A stretch of DNA of 56,480 bases, the filler included, from an uncultured Synergistales bacterium (lineage in GTDB: Bacteria; Synergistota; Synergistia; Synergistales; Aminobacteriaceae), in assembly GCA_937897575.1 (NCBI GenBank). It is 3 parts of 3 records of this genome, joined end to end, with 100 filler letters (N's around TTAATTAATTAA, not from the genome) between each part and the next. Parts side by side here need not be neighbours in the genome. Positions count along the whole stretch, not along the records: positions 23,218 to 46,145 come from CALCQG010000167.1; 2 more parts are not named here. One strand, written 5' to 3'. A model generated the notes under the pieces. The model was not told the origin of the DNA and searched no databases. It saw only the letters and a program-made list of their open reading frames with translations. Positions 28,516-37,933 of the stretch are shown piece after piece. Numbering within the stretch: the stretch's first letter is position 1; every line of letters starts with the position of its first letter. A program made the position numbers and the translations under genes.

Positions 28516-28628
28516 GGGCCGACGGAGGCGGACTCCGCTTTTTTTGTGCTCTTCTTTGGTGTATCATTGCTTCGTCACGAGAGCAAACACCGGGCCGTCT
28601 CAGGCCCCATCGACTGGAGGTATCTATC

Positions 28629-29930
28629 ATGAACGCTCCCTGGACCGCCATCAAAGATCTGCCCTCCGCCGAAGGGCAGGAGGTCACCGTCAAGGGTTGG
28701 CTGTACAACATGAGGAGCTCCGGCAAAATCCACTTCCTGCAGCTGCGGGACGGGAGCGGAACGGTGCAGGGCGTCATGGTGAAGCAGGATGTGCCCGAAG
28801 AGCTGTTCGTCGTGGCCAAGGGGCTGTGGCTCGAGGCCTCCGTGGAGGTCACCGGCATGGTCAGGAAGGATGAACGGGCACCCTCGGGCGTCGAACTCAC
28901 CGTCACCGGGCTCGTCGTCCTGCAGAACCCGACGGACGAATACCCCATAGGGAAGAAGGACCACGGCATCGACTTCCTGCTTGACCATCGGCACCTCTGG
29001 CTGAGGAGCAGCAGGCAGCAGGCCATCATGCGCATCCGGGACAGGATAATCTGGGAGGCGCGGTCCTTCCTGCACGACGACGGGTACCTCCTTGTGGACA
29101 GCCCCATTCTCAGCGGCGCGGTGGGAGAAGGGGCCAGCGGCCTGTTCGAGCTCGACTATTTCGACGAGAAGGCCTACCTGGCCCAGACGGGGCAGCTGTA
29201 TGCCGAAGCGGCCGCGGCGGCCTTCGGCAAGGTGTACTGCTTCGGCCCCACCTTCAGAGCGGAGAAGTCGAAGACCCGGCGCCACCTCACGGAGTTCTGG
29301 ATGCTCGAGCCCGAGGTGGCCTTCTACGGACACAAGGAGAACATGGACCTTCAGGAACGCCTCGTGTGCCACATCGTCGCCCGGGTGCTGGAACACTGCC
29401 GCCCCGAACTCCGTATGCTGGAGCGGGATACGACTCCGCTGGAGAACGTGAAGCCCCCCTTCCATCACCTTCAGTACGGGGAGGCCATCGACATGCTGCA
29501 CCGCCTCGGGAGCGAGACGCCCTACGGCTCCGACCTGGGGAACGAGGACGAGACCATCCTGACGCAGCAGTTTGACCGCCCCGTCTTCATCGAATGCTAC
29601 CCCAAGAAGGTCAAGGCCTTCTACATGAAGGAGCACCCTGAGAACCCGGACCTCGTGCTCTGCGACGATCTGCTCGCCCCCGAAGGGTACGGGGAGATCA
29701 TCGGCGGCTCCCAGAGAGAGGACGACTACGACCGCCTCCTCAGCAGAATCCGCGAGGAAAAACTTCCCGAAGAGGCCTACGACTGGTACCTCGATCTGAG
29801 AAAGTACGGGACATTCGTTCACAGCGGTTTCGGCATGGGCATCGAACGAGTGGTCGCTTGGGTGTGCGGCCTGCAGCACATCCGCGAGGCGAGCCCGTGG
29901 CCCAGGACGATCTACCGGCTCAACCCGTGA
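28629..29930 (+). CDS. asnS: Asparagine--tRNA ligase
   Basis: OB fold GWLYNMRSSGK, YLAQTGQLY.E, FGPTFRAEKSKTRRHLTEFWM, EIIGGSQRE, HSGFGMGIER. Confidence 0.96.
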   Translation: MNAPWTAIKDLPSAEGQEVTVKGWLYNMRSSGKIHFLQLRDGSGTVQGVMVKQDVPEELFVVAKGLWLEASVEVTGMVRKDERAPSGVELTVTGLVVLQNPTDEYPIGKKDHGIDFLLDHRHLWLRSSRQQAIMRIRDRIIWEARSFLHDDGYLLVDSPILSGAVGEGASGLFELDYFDEKAYLAQTGQLYAEAAAAAFGKVYCFGPTFRAEKSKTRRHLTEFWMLEPEVAFYGHKENMDLQERLVCHIVARVLEHCRPELRMLERDTTPLENVKPPFHHLQYGEAIDMLHRLGSETPYGSDLGNEDETILTQQFDRPVFIECYPKKVKAFYMKEHPENPDLVLCDDLLAPEGYGEIIGGSQREDDYDRLLSRIREEKLPEEAYDWYLDLRKYGTFVHSGFGMGIERVVAWVCGLQHIREASPWPRTIYRLNP

Positions 29931-29955
29931 CGAGGCCTGCGCGAGGGATATACCG

Positions 29956-31686
29956 GTGACCTACGCGGATTTCGATCCAAAACCTCTGTTCAGAGAGCAC
30001 GGCCGGCTCATCGGCGACGGATCGGTGGGCGGCAAGGCGCACGGCCTTGCCTTCGGCTACGTCTCGATCACCGGGAGTCCGATGGCGCCGGGCGTCGAGT
30101 TGCCGGATATCAACTTCGTCATCACGACGGAACCCTACTGCGATTTCGTCGAGGACAACGGCATTGGCGAACTCCTCGAGGAGCTGACCTCCACAGGGGA
30201 CATCGGGGACGACGAATTTCCCGCCACCCTGTATCATCGTATGTGCCAGGCCTTCAGGGAAGGAACGGTTCGTCCGTCGCTGCTCCGGGACGCCGAGCAG
30301 ATCCTCGAGGAGATCGGCGACGTCCCTCTAGCCATACGGTCCAGCTCCATCCTCGAGGACTCCCAGAGGCTCTCCTTTGCCGGCAAGTACGGCACCTGTT
30401 TTTCCGCAAACACCGGCGGACACGAGAGGCGAAGGGATCTTCTGATCTCCGCCGTGAAGGATGTGTGGGCTTCGCTCTACAACCCCGCTGCCCGGGCATA
30501 TCGGACGAAACACGGGCACACCGACTCCGACGAGGCCATGGCCGTCGTCGTACAGCCCGTCATGGGGCGGGCCCACGGCGACCTGTACTATCCCGAGATC
30601 GCGGGGACCGCGTTTTCCAAGGTCTACCGGAGGCCAACACCGCGAATTCGCAAGGAGGACGGCGTCACCAGGTTCTGCTTCGGCCTCGGCACCAGGACGG
30701 TGGACCGGCAGAAGGCCCATCTGTCCTACCTCTCCCACCCCGCGCTCCAGCCCCACGGGAACCTCCCGGCGGACGTCGCCCTCATGAGCCAGAACGAGTT
30801 CGACTATATCGACCGGCGGTCCGGCTCCTTCATGACAGGGCTGCTTGCCGACCATCTGTCCTTCATCCTGCGCGAGCACAAGCTCGCCTCATCCTTCGTC
30901 GAGATCTATGCCGACAACGTGCTGTACTGGTCGGGATCGGAGCAGGCGAAGAACGGCCGGCCCATCTTCTCCTTCTCGAACTTCCCCCGGACCCATCCGA
31001 AATTCTTCTCCGTCATCCGGGACCTCTGCGCCTTTCTCGAGGACAAGATGGGCCGACCGGCCGACATGGAGTACACCTACGACACAGAGGAGAAGAAGCT
31101 GACGCTCCTCCAACTCCGACCTCTCGCCTCCTACGAGGAGATGGCCAAGGTCGACCTGCCCGACGTCCCGGAGAGCAGGATCATCCTGAAGGGCAACAGG
31201 ATGGTGAGCAACGGCAAGCTGGAGCACGTTCATCATCTTCTCTTCGTCGACCCCGATCTGTACGGGAAGGACACGACCTTCCACGAGGTGGCCCGGGAGA
31301 TCGGGCGGGTCAACGGGAAGCTCGCCGGGACAAACTATATCCTCGTGGGGCCGGGGCGATGGGGCAGCACAAACCCCAAGCTGGGTGTCCCGGTCCGGTA
31401 CAACGAGATATGCAACTGCGGCTGCCTCGTGGAGGTCGGCATCCTGGAGAGCGACTACGCACCGGAGCTCTCGTACGGAACCCACTTCTTTCTCGACCTG
31501 GACGAAGACGGGATACTCTACCTCCCCGTCTTCAGCGGTATGCAGGAGAACGTGTTCAACCGGCCCTGGCTCGACGGCGCCTTCTGCGAGATCAAGCAGC
31601 ACCCGGCGGTGCGGCACTACATCGGGGATTTCTCCGTCTTCATGGACGGCGAGAGGGAACTGGGCATCGTGATCGCCAACGACTGA
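29956..31686 (+). CDS. PEP/pyruvate-binding-domain protein (PEP synthase/PPDK N-terminal ATP-grasp-like)
   Basis: GGKA.GL, LAIRSSS.LEDS...SFAGKY, MAVVVQ, GLGTR.V, LQLRP; C-terminal GPGRWGS and SYGTHFF. Confidence 0.8.
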   Translation: MTYADFDPKPLFREHGRLIGDGSVGGKAHGLAFGYVSITGSPMAPGVELPDINFVITTEPYCDFVEDNGIGELLEELTSTGDIGDDEFPATLYHRMCQAFREGTVRPSLLRDAEQILEEIGDVPLAIRSSSILEDSQRLSFAGKYGTCFSANTGGHERRRDLLISAVKDVWASLYNPAARAYRTKHGHTDSDEAMAVVVQPVMGRAHGDLYYPEIAGTAFSKVYRRPTPRIRKEDGVTRFCFGLGTRTVDRQKAHLSYLSHPALQPHGNLPADVALMSQNEFDYIDRRSGSFMTGLLADHLSFILREHKLASSFVEIYADNVLYWSGSEQAKNGRPIFSFSNFPRTHPKFFSVIRDLCAFLEDKMGRPADMEYTYDTEEKKLTLLQLRPLASYEEMAKVDLPDVPESRIILKGNRMVSNGKLEHVHHLLFVDPDLYGKDTTFHEVAREIGRVNGKLAGTNYILVGPGRWGSTNPKLGVPVRYNEICNCGCLVEVGILESDYAPELSYGTHFFLDLDEDGILYLPVFSGMQENVFNRPWLDGAFCEIKQHPAVRHYIGDFSVFMDGERELGIVIAND

Positions 31687-31765
31687 TCGCCGTACGGGGA
31701 ACGGACGATCCGACGCGGCCCCGCCCTCCGTACGGCGGCGATTGACAGAGGCAGTTCGCAGGACA

Positions 31766-31798
31766 TAAAAACGGCGGCCGGGATATCCCGGCCGCCGT
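31766..31798 (-). terminator. Intrinsic terminator of the glutamate dehydrogenase gene
   Basis: Palindrome ACGGCGGCCGGGATATCCCGGCCGCCGT followed by TTTTA on the minus strand. Confidence 0.8.
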
Positions 31799-31820
31799 GG
31801 TGCGTCGGACGAACCGTGCT

Positions 31821-33098
31821 CTACAGGAATACGCCTCTCATGCGAACGGCGTCCGCCACTCTCTGAATGGCGACCATAAAGGCGGCCCGGCGCATCTTCA
31901 CGTTCTTGTCCTTGGCATAGTTCCACACGCTCTGGAAATTTCCCTTCATGATGTGGACAAGTCTCTGGTTGTACTCCTCCTCGGTCCAGAAGAACCCGCC
32001 GAGGTTCTGAGCCCACTCGAAGTAGGAACCGATAACGCCGCCGGAGTTGGCGAGGAAATCCGGGACGACGAGGATGTTCTTGCTGTCGAGGACGGCGTCC
32101 GCCTCGGGCGTGACGGGGCCGTTGGCCGCTTCCACGATGTACTCGGCCTGCACCTTGTCGGCGTTCTTGTCGTTAATGACCCCTTCGAGGGCGGCGGGGA
32201 TAAGGATGGTGCACTTCGTGTAGAGAACTTCCGGAAGATCCAGCTTCTGGCAGCCGTCGCAGGTAAAGCCCTCAAGGAGCCGTTTGGGATGCTTGTTTAC
32301 GTGGTCGAAGGCCTTGTTGATGTCGAGCCCGTTGGGCGCATAGTAGGTTCCGGTGATGTCGCTGATGGCAACGACCTTGGCGCCCGCCCAGATCATGTTC
32401 AGGGCTGCGTAGGTCCCCACGTTGCCGAAGCCCTGGATGGCCACCGTGGCCTGCTTCGGGTCCTTCCCGAGGTTCTTGAGAAGCTCGAGGGCGCAGGTTG
32501 CGACGCCGTAGCCCGTGGCCGCAGTGCGACCCTTGGATCCCCACATGGGGATGGGTTTGCCGGTGAAGATGGCCGGCTCGAGCTGGTTCTTCATTTTGCT
32601 GATGGTGTCCATGAACCAGACCATCTCGGGACCGCCGGTCCCCACGTCGGGAGCGGGGACGTCCGTCATTGGACCGATCACGGGAGCCATGCGAGCAGCC
32701 CAGGTACGGGCGATGCGCTCCTTCTCCTTTTTGGAGAGCTCGAGGGGTTCGCAGGAGACGCCGCCCTTGCCGCCGCCGTAGGGGATGCCGGCCAGGGAGC
32801 ACTTCCACGTCATCATCATGCCGAGGGCTTCGCACTCGTCGAGGTTGACCTCGGGGTGGAAGCGTACGCCGCCCTTGCCCGGTCCGATTGCCGAGGAGTG
32901 CAGCACACGGTATCCGTCGAAAACCTTCACCGTGCCGTCGTCCATCTCAACGGGGATGGAGACGCAGGTACGGCGCTCCGAGTGACTGAGGATGTCGATA
33001 AGCCCGTCTTCCAGGCCCATCTCCTCCGCCGCGGCGTAGAAGTTCTTGAGAGCAGTGTCGAGGAGCACGTTCGAGGACGTACGTTTTACCACGCTCAT
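31821..33098 (-). CDS. gdhA: Glu/Leu/Phe/Val dehydrogenase, most likely glutamate dehydrogenase
   Basis: GPGKGGVRFHP, MTWKC, PYGGGKGG, DVPAPDVGT, IQGFGNVG, EAANGP, PDFLANSGGV.GSYFEW. Confidence 0.93.
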   Translation of the reverse strand: MSVVKRTSSNVLLDTALKNFYAAAEEMGLEDGLIDILSHSERRTCVSIPVEMDDGTVKVFDGYRVLHSSAIGPGKGGVRFHPEVNLDECEALGMMMTWKCSLAGIPYGGGKGGVSCEPLELSKKEKERIARTWAARMAPVIGPMTDVPAPDVGTGGPEMVWFMDTISKMKNQLEPAIFTGKPIPMWGSKGRTAATGYGVATCALELLKNLGKDPKQATVAIQGFGNVGTYAALNMIWAGAKVVAISDITGTYYAPNGLDINKAFDHVNKHPKRLLEGFTCDGCQKLDLPEVLYTKCTILIPAALEGVINDKNADKVQAEYIVEAANGPVTPEADAVLDSKNILVVPDFLANSGGVIGSYFEWAQNLGGFFWTEEEYNQRLVHIMKGNFQSVWNYAKDKNVKMRRAAFMVAIQRVADAVRMRGVFL

Positions 33099-33265
33099 GG
33101 AACACACCTCCTGTAATATATACGGCATTCGCCGTTCGAACCCTCATAGAATATGATAGCACTCTTTTGTGAAATGACCAACAAGGACCGAATTACGCAT
33201 ACAAAGGCTATAAATTACGTCCCGCGTCAAAAAAGGGGCGATGGCGTCATCCCGCCCGGTTGCCG

Positions 33266-34234
33266 TCAGCTCCCTCGCTCCGCCTTTCCGCCGCCCTCTT
33301 CCAATATCTCCGGCACAGGCCACCCCTCCGAGCGGGTCAGGGCCTCCATGTCCCCGGGCAAGGGGGCCGTGACGAGAAGACCCGACAGATCCTCCAGCTC
33401 GCCGGAAAAAGCGTCGAACTGCAATCGGTGGCTGTGCAGCAGTGGACGCTGAACACCCCGCTTCCGCCATCGCCGGTTCGCGTCGTCGTCGCCATACCGA
33501 AGATCCCCCAGGACAGGGAACCCCGCCGAGGCCATGTGCACTCTGGCCTGATGAGATCGTCCCGTCACGAGGTCGATCGCCACGAGAGCGACCTCCCTCC
33601 CCGCGGCGAGAAGTCGATAGCGCGTGAGAGCCTCCTTGCCCTTCGGCGAGACGGTGACCGTGTTGCTGCCTGGGTCCTTGAGGAGCGGGCGGTCGATCGT
33701 TCCCTGGCGGGGAGGGCGTCCCACCACCACCGCCAGGTAGGTCTTCCCTATCCGACGCTCCCGAAAGGCGTCCTGAAGAGCCCGGAGCGGCCCCCCCGAG
33801 AGGGCCACGAGCAGAGCCCCCGTGGTGTTCCTGTCCAGGCGATGGACCGCATAGGCCCGCTCCGCGTCTCCCTGCAGCCGAAGCATGTACCGTACCCTGT
33901 CGATGACGTTGTCCTGGCCCTTTGTGTCGGGCTGGACGAGGAGGTTCGCCGGTTTGTCCACGACCCACAGGCGGCTGTCGGAGTACAGCACGGGCATGGT
34001 CCGCCTGAACGGAGACTCCCCCCTCCGCTCTTTCGGGGCCTCCCAGGGGACGTAAAGCTCCTGCCCCGCCTCCACCCGACCGGCGAAGTCGGCCTTCTTT
34101 CCGTCGAGGCGGACGGCTCCGGTCCGGATGCCCTTCATGAGGACGCTCAGCGGCAACCCCGGCCAGATGGACCGGATCACCTTGTCGAGTCGTCGTCCCT
34201 CGTCGGACGGGTCGATGCGCAGGGCGTAGGGCAT
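33266..34234 (-). CDS. RluA-family pseudouridine synthase with an S4 domain
   Basis: GRRLDK, VVDKPA, VHRLDRNTTG, TGRSHQARVH, PVLGD..YG, LLHS. Confidence 0.93.
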   Translation of the reverse strand: MPYALRIDPSDEGRRLDKVIRSIWPGLPLSVLMKGIRTGAVRLDGKKADFAGRVEAGQELYVPWEAPKERRGESPFRRTMPVLYSDSRLWVVDKPANLLVQPDTKGQDNVIDRVRYMLRLQGDAERAYAVHRLDRNTTGALLVALSGGPLRALQDAFRERRIGKTYLAVVVGRPPRQGTIDRPLLKDPGSNTVTVSPKGKEALTRYRLLAAGREVALVAIDLVTGRSHQARVHMASAGFPVLGDLRYGDDDANRRWRKRGVQRPLLHSHRLQFDAFSGELEDLSGLLVTAPLPGDMEALTRSEGWPVPEILEEGGGKAERGS

Positions 34235-34235
34235 G

Positions 34236-35270
34236 CTACCCCTCCCATCTCCAGAAGCGCCTCTGGACCACGGGCATGTACTCCGAGATCTCGCGGCCTT
34301 CGTCGAGCTGACCCACGGCGCTCTTCCAGCAGAAGAGGCGGAAATCGAGCTCATCGGCGGAGCTGACGATCATGGCCTCGGGGGTGGAGGGCAGCACGGG
34401 CGACCCGAACTCCCGGCTGCCGTGGTGGCTGATGAGAATATGCCCGATGGCCGTGGCCGTCTGATGATCCAGGCCGAACTCCCGAGCGGCCGCGGAGTAG
34501 GTCTGATACCCCATGACCACGTGGTCGATGACGGTCCCCTCCACGGTCATCTCCGGAGCGGGCGTCAACCGGTAGGCGTCCATCTTTCCGATGTCGTGGA
34601 GCAGCGCTCCGGCGATGGTCACCGGCAGGTTCACTGGATAGCCGTTTTCGGCGCAGGCCGAGGCCTGGGCGAGGGCCACTCTGGTCACGGCCACGGTGTG
34701 CTCCAGCAGGCCGCCCACATAGGCGTGATGGAAGGATACGGCGGCGGGCCACGACCGGAAGTCCTCCCAGAGGCCCTTCTCGAAGAAGAGGAAGTTCAGG
34801 AAGTCGCCGACGGGCCCGGCGCATCGGGCGACAAGGGCGCGAAACTCCCTCTCGAGCTCCTCCTCGGACACGGGCGAACGCTGGACGAACTGGTGCGGCG
34901 GAAACTTCTGCTGGTCCACGAAGTAGAGCTCGTTGAACTTGTACTGGAGCTGCCCACGAAACTCCGTGACCTGCCCCCGGAACCCCAGCGTCTTACCGGA
35001 CATGTCGCCGAAAAGCTCCGAGGCCTCGGGGTTGGTCACGGGAAGCTGCTTTTCGCCCCTCTTGTCGAACCACTGGGCATCCTGCCAGACCTTGCCCTCG
35101 AGGACGCCGTCGGGGTCCATGACCCCGATGTCCCAGTAGCTCTTCCCGTTTTTATCCTTCCGCACGGACCACTTGGAGACGACGCCGAGCCCCCAGAACT
35201 TGCCGTCCTTCGGGAGCTTCCTGATGTCGGCGATGCCGCTGATAAGCTGCTCCTCCACGTCGTGCCTCAT
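34236..35270 (-). CDS. YhaM-family 3'-5' exoribonuclease (OB + HD domains)
   Basis: OB-like N-terminus; PAA..FHHAY.GGLLEHT, GALLHDIGK, DHV, HILISHHG..EFGSP. Confidence 0.88.
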   Translation of the reverse strand: MRHDVEEQLISGIADIRKLPKDGKFWGLGVVSKWSVRKDKNGKSYWDIGVMDPDGVLEGKVWQDAQWFDKRGEKQLPVTNPEASELFGDMSGKTLGFRGQVTEFRGQLQYKFNELYFVDQQKFPPHQFVQRSPVSEEELEREFRALVARCAGPVGDFLNFLFFEKGLWEDFRSWPAAVSFHHAYVGGLLEHTVAVTRVALAQASACAENGYPVNLPVTIAGALLHDIGKMDAYRLTPAPEMTVEGTVIDHVVMGYQTYSAAAREFGLDHQTATAIGHILISHHGSREFGSPVLPSTPEAMIVSSADELDFRLFCWKSAVGQLDEGREISEYMPVVQRRFWRWEG

Positions 35271-36475
35271 GCGCCGAACTTCTCGAGGCGCCGCGCGTGG
35301 GCCAGCATGAGCCCGATCAGCTTGCTCCCCGCCATCCGATAGCCGGCGCCGACACGACACTCCCGCTCCGTGAAACGCTTCGAATCCCCGTATCGGACGA
35401 AGGGGCTCGCGAGAAGATAGGGCACGGGGTGCCACGAATGGCCGCTCATGACGCTGGGGGTGCTGTGATCCCCCGTCACGGCCAGCACGTCGGGCGCCAG
35501 GTCGAGCAGCCGGGGAAGAAGGCCGTCGACGACCTCGATGACCCTCGTCTTCTCGGCGAAATCTCCGTCCTCGCCCCGGCTGTCCGTGTACTTCACGTGG
35601 AGGTAGAAAAAGTCGTGCTGCGCCCAGAGGCGCTTCAGGGATTCGAAGAGCTGCTCCAGCGTCTCGCCCGCCTCGACGACCTCCATGCCGACGAGCTTCG
35701 AGAGCCCCTTGTACATGGGGTAGGTCGCCACGGCCACGGGCTTGATCTTGTACAGGTCGCTCATGTGCGGGATGTCGGGCGCCGACGAGAATCCCCTGAG
35801 CAGACATCCGTTCGCCGGGCTCTCGCCCTTCAGGACCTCGGCCACCTGGCGTATGAAGGCATTGGCCACCTCCGCCATCTTCTTCCCCTTGGGCGATGTG
35901 GGGGTCGCCCACCGCATGACGCGGCCATCCTGCTGAGGGTCGGCGTCGGCCACATCCTCCGAGAGGCCGTCACCAGAGAAGACGGCGACGAAACGATGCT
36001 CCTTTCCCGGGGAGAAGCGGACTTGCACTCCGTCGATATCCTTTATGGCCTCGGAGAGGGTTTGGACGAGCAGCGCGCTCTTCTCCGTGGCGATGCGCCC
36101 TGCCCGCCTGTCCACCACGGTGAAGTCCTCCGTCACGGTACAGAAGTTTCCCCTGGCGCATACGTCGCCCGGTCCCACGTGAGCGCCGACGCCCATGGCC
36201 TCGAGGATGCCCCGGCCGATGGCGTACTCCATGGGGTCGTAGCCGAAGAGGGAGAGATGTCCGGGGCCGCTGCCCGGGGTGATGCCCACGTCCACCATGT
36301 CGAGAAAGCCAAGTTCGCTCTTCGTCGCAAGGGCATCGAAGTTCGGCGTGACGGCTGCCTCGAGCTCCGTCTTTCCCTCCGGTCCCGGAAGTCCGCCCAC
36401 CCCGTCCAAGACGAGCAGCACCATCTTCTTCCCATTATCCGTCGCCAGCCTGCCGAGCATGTCCATGCGTTTCAT
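35267..36475 (-). CDS. apgM: 2,3-bisphosphoglycerate-independent phosphoglycerate mutase (ApgM type)
   Basis: LLVLDGVGG, TELEAA.TPN.D, PGSGPGHLSLFGYDP, DRRAGRI, HVKYTD..GEDG, TGDHSTP, HSWHPVP. Confidence 0.92.
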   Translation of the reverse strand: MKRMDMLGRLATDNGKKMVLLVLDGVGGLPGPEGKTELEAAVTPNFDALATKSELGFLDMVDVGITPGSGPGHLSLFGYDPMEYAIGRGILEAMGVGAHVGPGDVCARGNFCTVTEDFTVVDRRAGRIATEKSALLVQTLSEAIKDIDGVQVRFSPGKEHRFVAVFSGDGLSEDVADADPQQDGRVMRWATPTSPKGKKMAEVANAFIRQVAEVLKGESPANGCLLRGFSSAPDIPHMSDLYKIKPVAVATYPMYKGLSKLVGMEVVEAGETLEQLFESLKRLWAQHDFFYLHVKYTDSRGEDGDFAEKTRVIEVVDGLLPRLLDLAPDVLAVTGDHSTPSVMSGHSWHPVPYLLASPFVRYGDSKRFTERECRVGAGYRMAGSKLIGLMLAHARRLEKFGA

Positions 36476-36596
36476 CATCGACCCCTCCTTCGGGTACAGC
36501 GCTTTTTTCGGAAGAAATCGTCCAATTTCGTGCAACCGTGTTCTTTATGGTACTATTTAATGAGAGGGTGTTTCAACTCACAAAAGGAGGTCATTT

Positions 36597-37811
36597 ATGA
36601 TGCGCTTTTCCGAAAGAGTCCTTGCAATGCAGTCGTCCCCGGTACGGAGGCTTTTGCCCTACGCGGAAGAGGCACGGGCCAAGGGGAAGAAGATCTACCC
36701 CCTCAACATAGGACAGCCGGACATCAAGACTCCTCCATCCTTTCTCAAGGCCATCAAGGACTTCTCCACGGATGTCATCGCCTACGCCACCTCCCAGGGG
36801 GACAACGCCCTCCGCGACGCGATGAGCGCCTACTACGCCGGTTTCGACATCCCCCTCAAGAGGGAGGACATCATCGTCACCGCGGGCGGCAGCGAGGCCC
36901 TGCTCTTCGCCTTCATGGCCATCTGCGATCCCGACGACGAGGTGCTCATCCCCGAGCCTTTCTACGCCAATTATAACGCCTTCGGCGGAAGTGTGAACGT
37001 CAAAGTGGTCCCCATCACGACGAAGCCCGAGGAGGGGTTCCATCTTCCTCCGAGAAAAGAGATCGAGGCCCTGATCACCCCCCGCACCAGAGGGATCCTC
37101 GTGTCCAACCCCGGCAACCCGACGGGCACGATCTACACCCGCGAGGAGATGGACATGCTGGCCGACCTCGCGCTGAAGCACGACCTCTACATCATCGCCG
37201 ACGAGGTCTACCGCGAGTTCGTCTACGACGGGCTGAAGTACACGAGCTTCGGACACCTTCCGAAAATAGAGGACAGAGTCATCATCGTCGACTCCGTCTC
37301 GAAACGATACAGCGCCTGCGGCGCCAGGATCGGGTGTATCGCCTGCCGGAACAAGGAGTTCATGGCCCAGGTCCTCAAGCTGGCCCAGGGCAGACTCTGC
37401 GTTCCGACCCTCGAGCAGGTCGGGGCCACGGCCCTCTACAGCACGCCCAAATCCTACCTCGAGGAGGTCAACAAGGAGTACCAGGCACGGCGCAACACCC
37501 TCTACTCCGCCCTGAAGCAGATGCCGGGCGTCGTGTGCGCCGAGCCGAAGGGGGCCTTTTACGTCATGGTGAAGCTCCCCGTGGATGATGCCGAGAAGTT
37601 CATCATCTGGATGCTCCAGAACTTCGACATCAACGGTGAAACCATGATGGCCGCCGCGGGCGAGGGGTTCTACGCCACGCCGGGCATGGGCAAGCAGGAG
37701 TTCCGCCTCGCCTACGTGCTGAACAACGAGGACATCGTCAAGGCCATGAACATCCTGAAGCAGGGGCTCGAGGCCTACCCCGGCCGCGTCGAGGCCGCCG
37801 TGGCCCGCTGA
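36597..37811 (+). CDS. Class I/II PLP-dependent aminotransferase (aspartate aminotransferase-like)
   Basis: LNIGQPD, GGSEAL, NPGNPTG, DEVYREF, DSVSKRYSACGARIG. Confidence 0.93.
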   Translation: MMRFSERVLAMQSSPVRRLLPYAEEARAKGKKIYPLNIGQPDIKTPPSFLKAIKDFSTDVIAYATSQGDNALRDAMSAYYAGFDIPLKREDIIVTAGGSEALLFAFMAICDPDDEVLIPEPFYANYNAFGGSVNVKVVPITTKPEEGFHLPPRKEIEALITPRTRGILVSNPGNPTGTIYTREEMDMLADLALKHDLYIIADEVYREFVYDGLKYTSFGHLPKIEDRVIIVDSVSKRYSACGARIGCIACRNKEFMAQVLKLAQGRLCVPTLEQVGATALYSTPKSYLEEVNKEYQARRNTLYSALKQMPGVVCAEPKGAFYVMVKLPVDDAEKFIIWMLQNFDINGETMMAAAGEGFYATPGMGKQEFRLAYVLNNEDIVKAMNILKQGLEAYPGRVEAAVAR

Positions 37812-37832
37812 GGAAGGGGACGAAACGTCTTT

Positions 37833-37866
37833 CTCCGGCGGAGGTGACCTCCGCCGGAGTTTTTTT
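37833..37866 (+). terminator. Intrinsic terminator
   Basis: CTCCGGCGGAGG-TGA-CCTCCGCCGGAG-TTTTTTT. Confidence 0.9.
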
Positions 37867-37933
37867 GTGGTAGCATAGCCGGGGAACACTATCGACCGTC
37901 CGGAGCACGCTTCGGAGAAAAGAGGAACACCCT

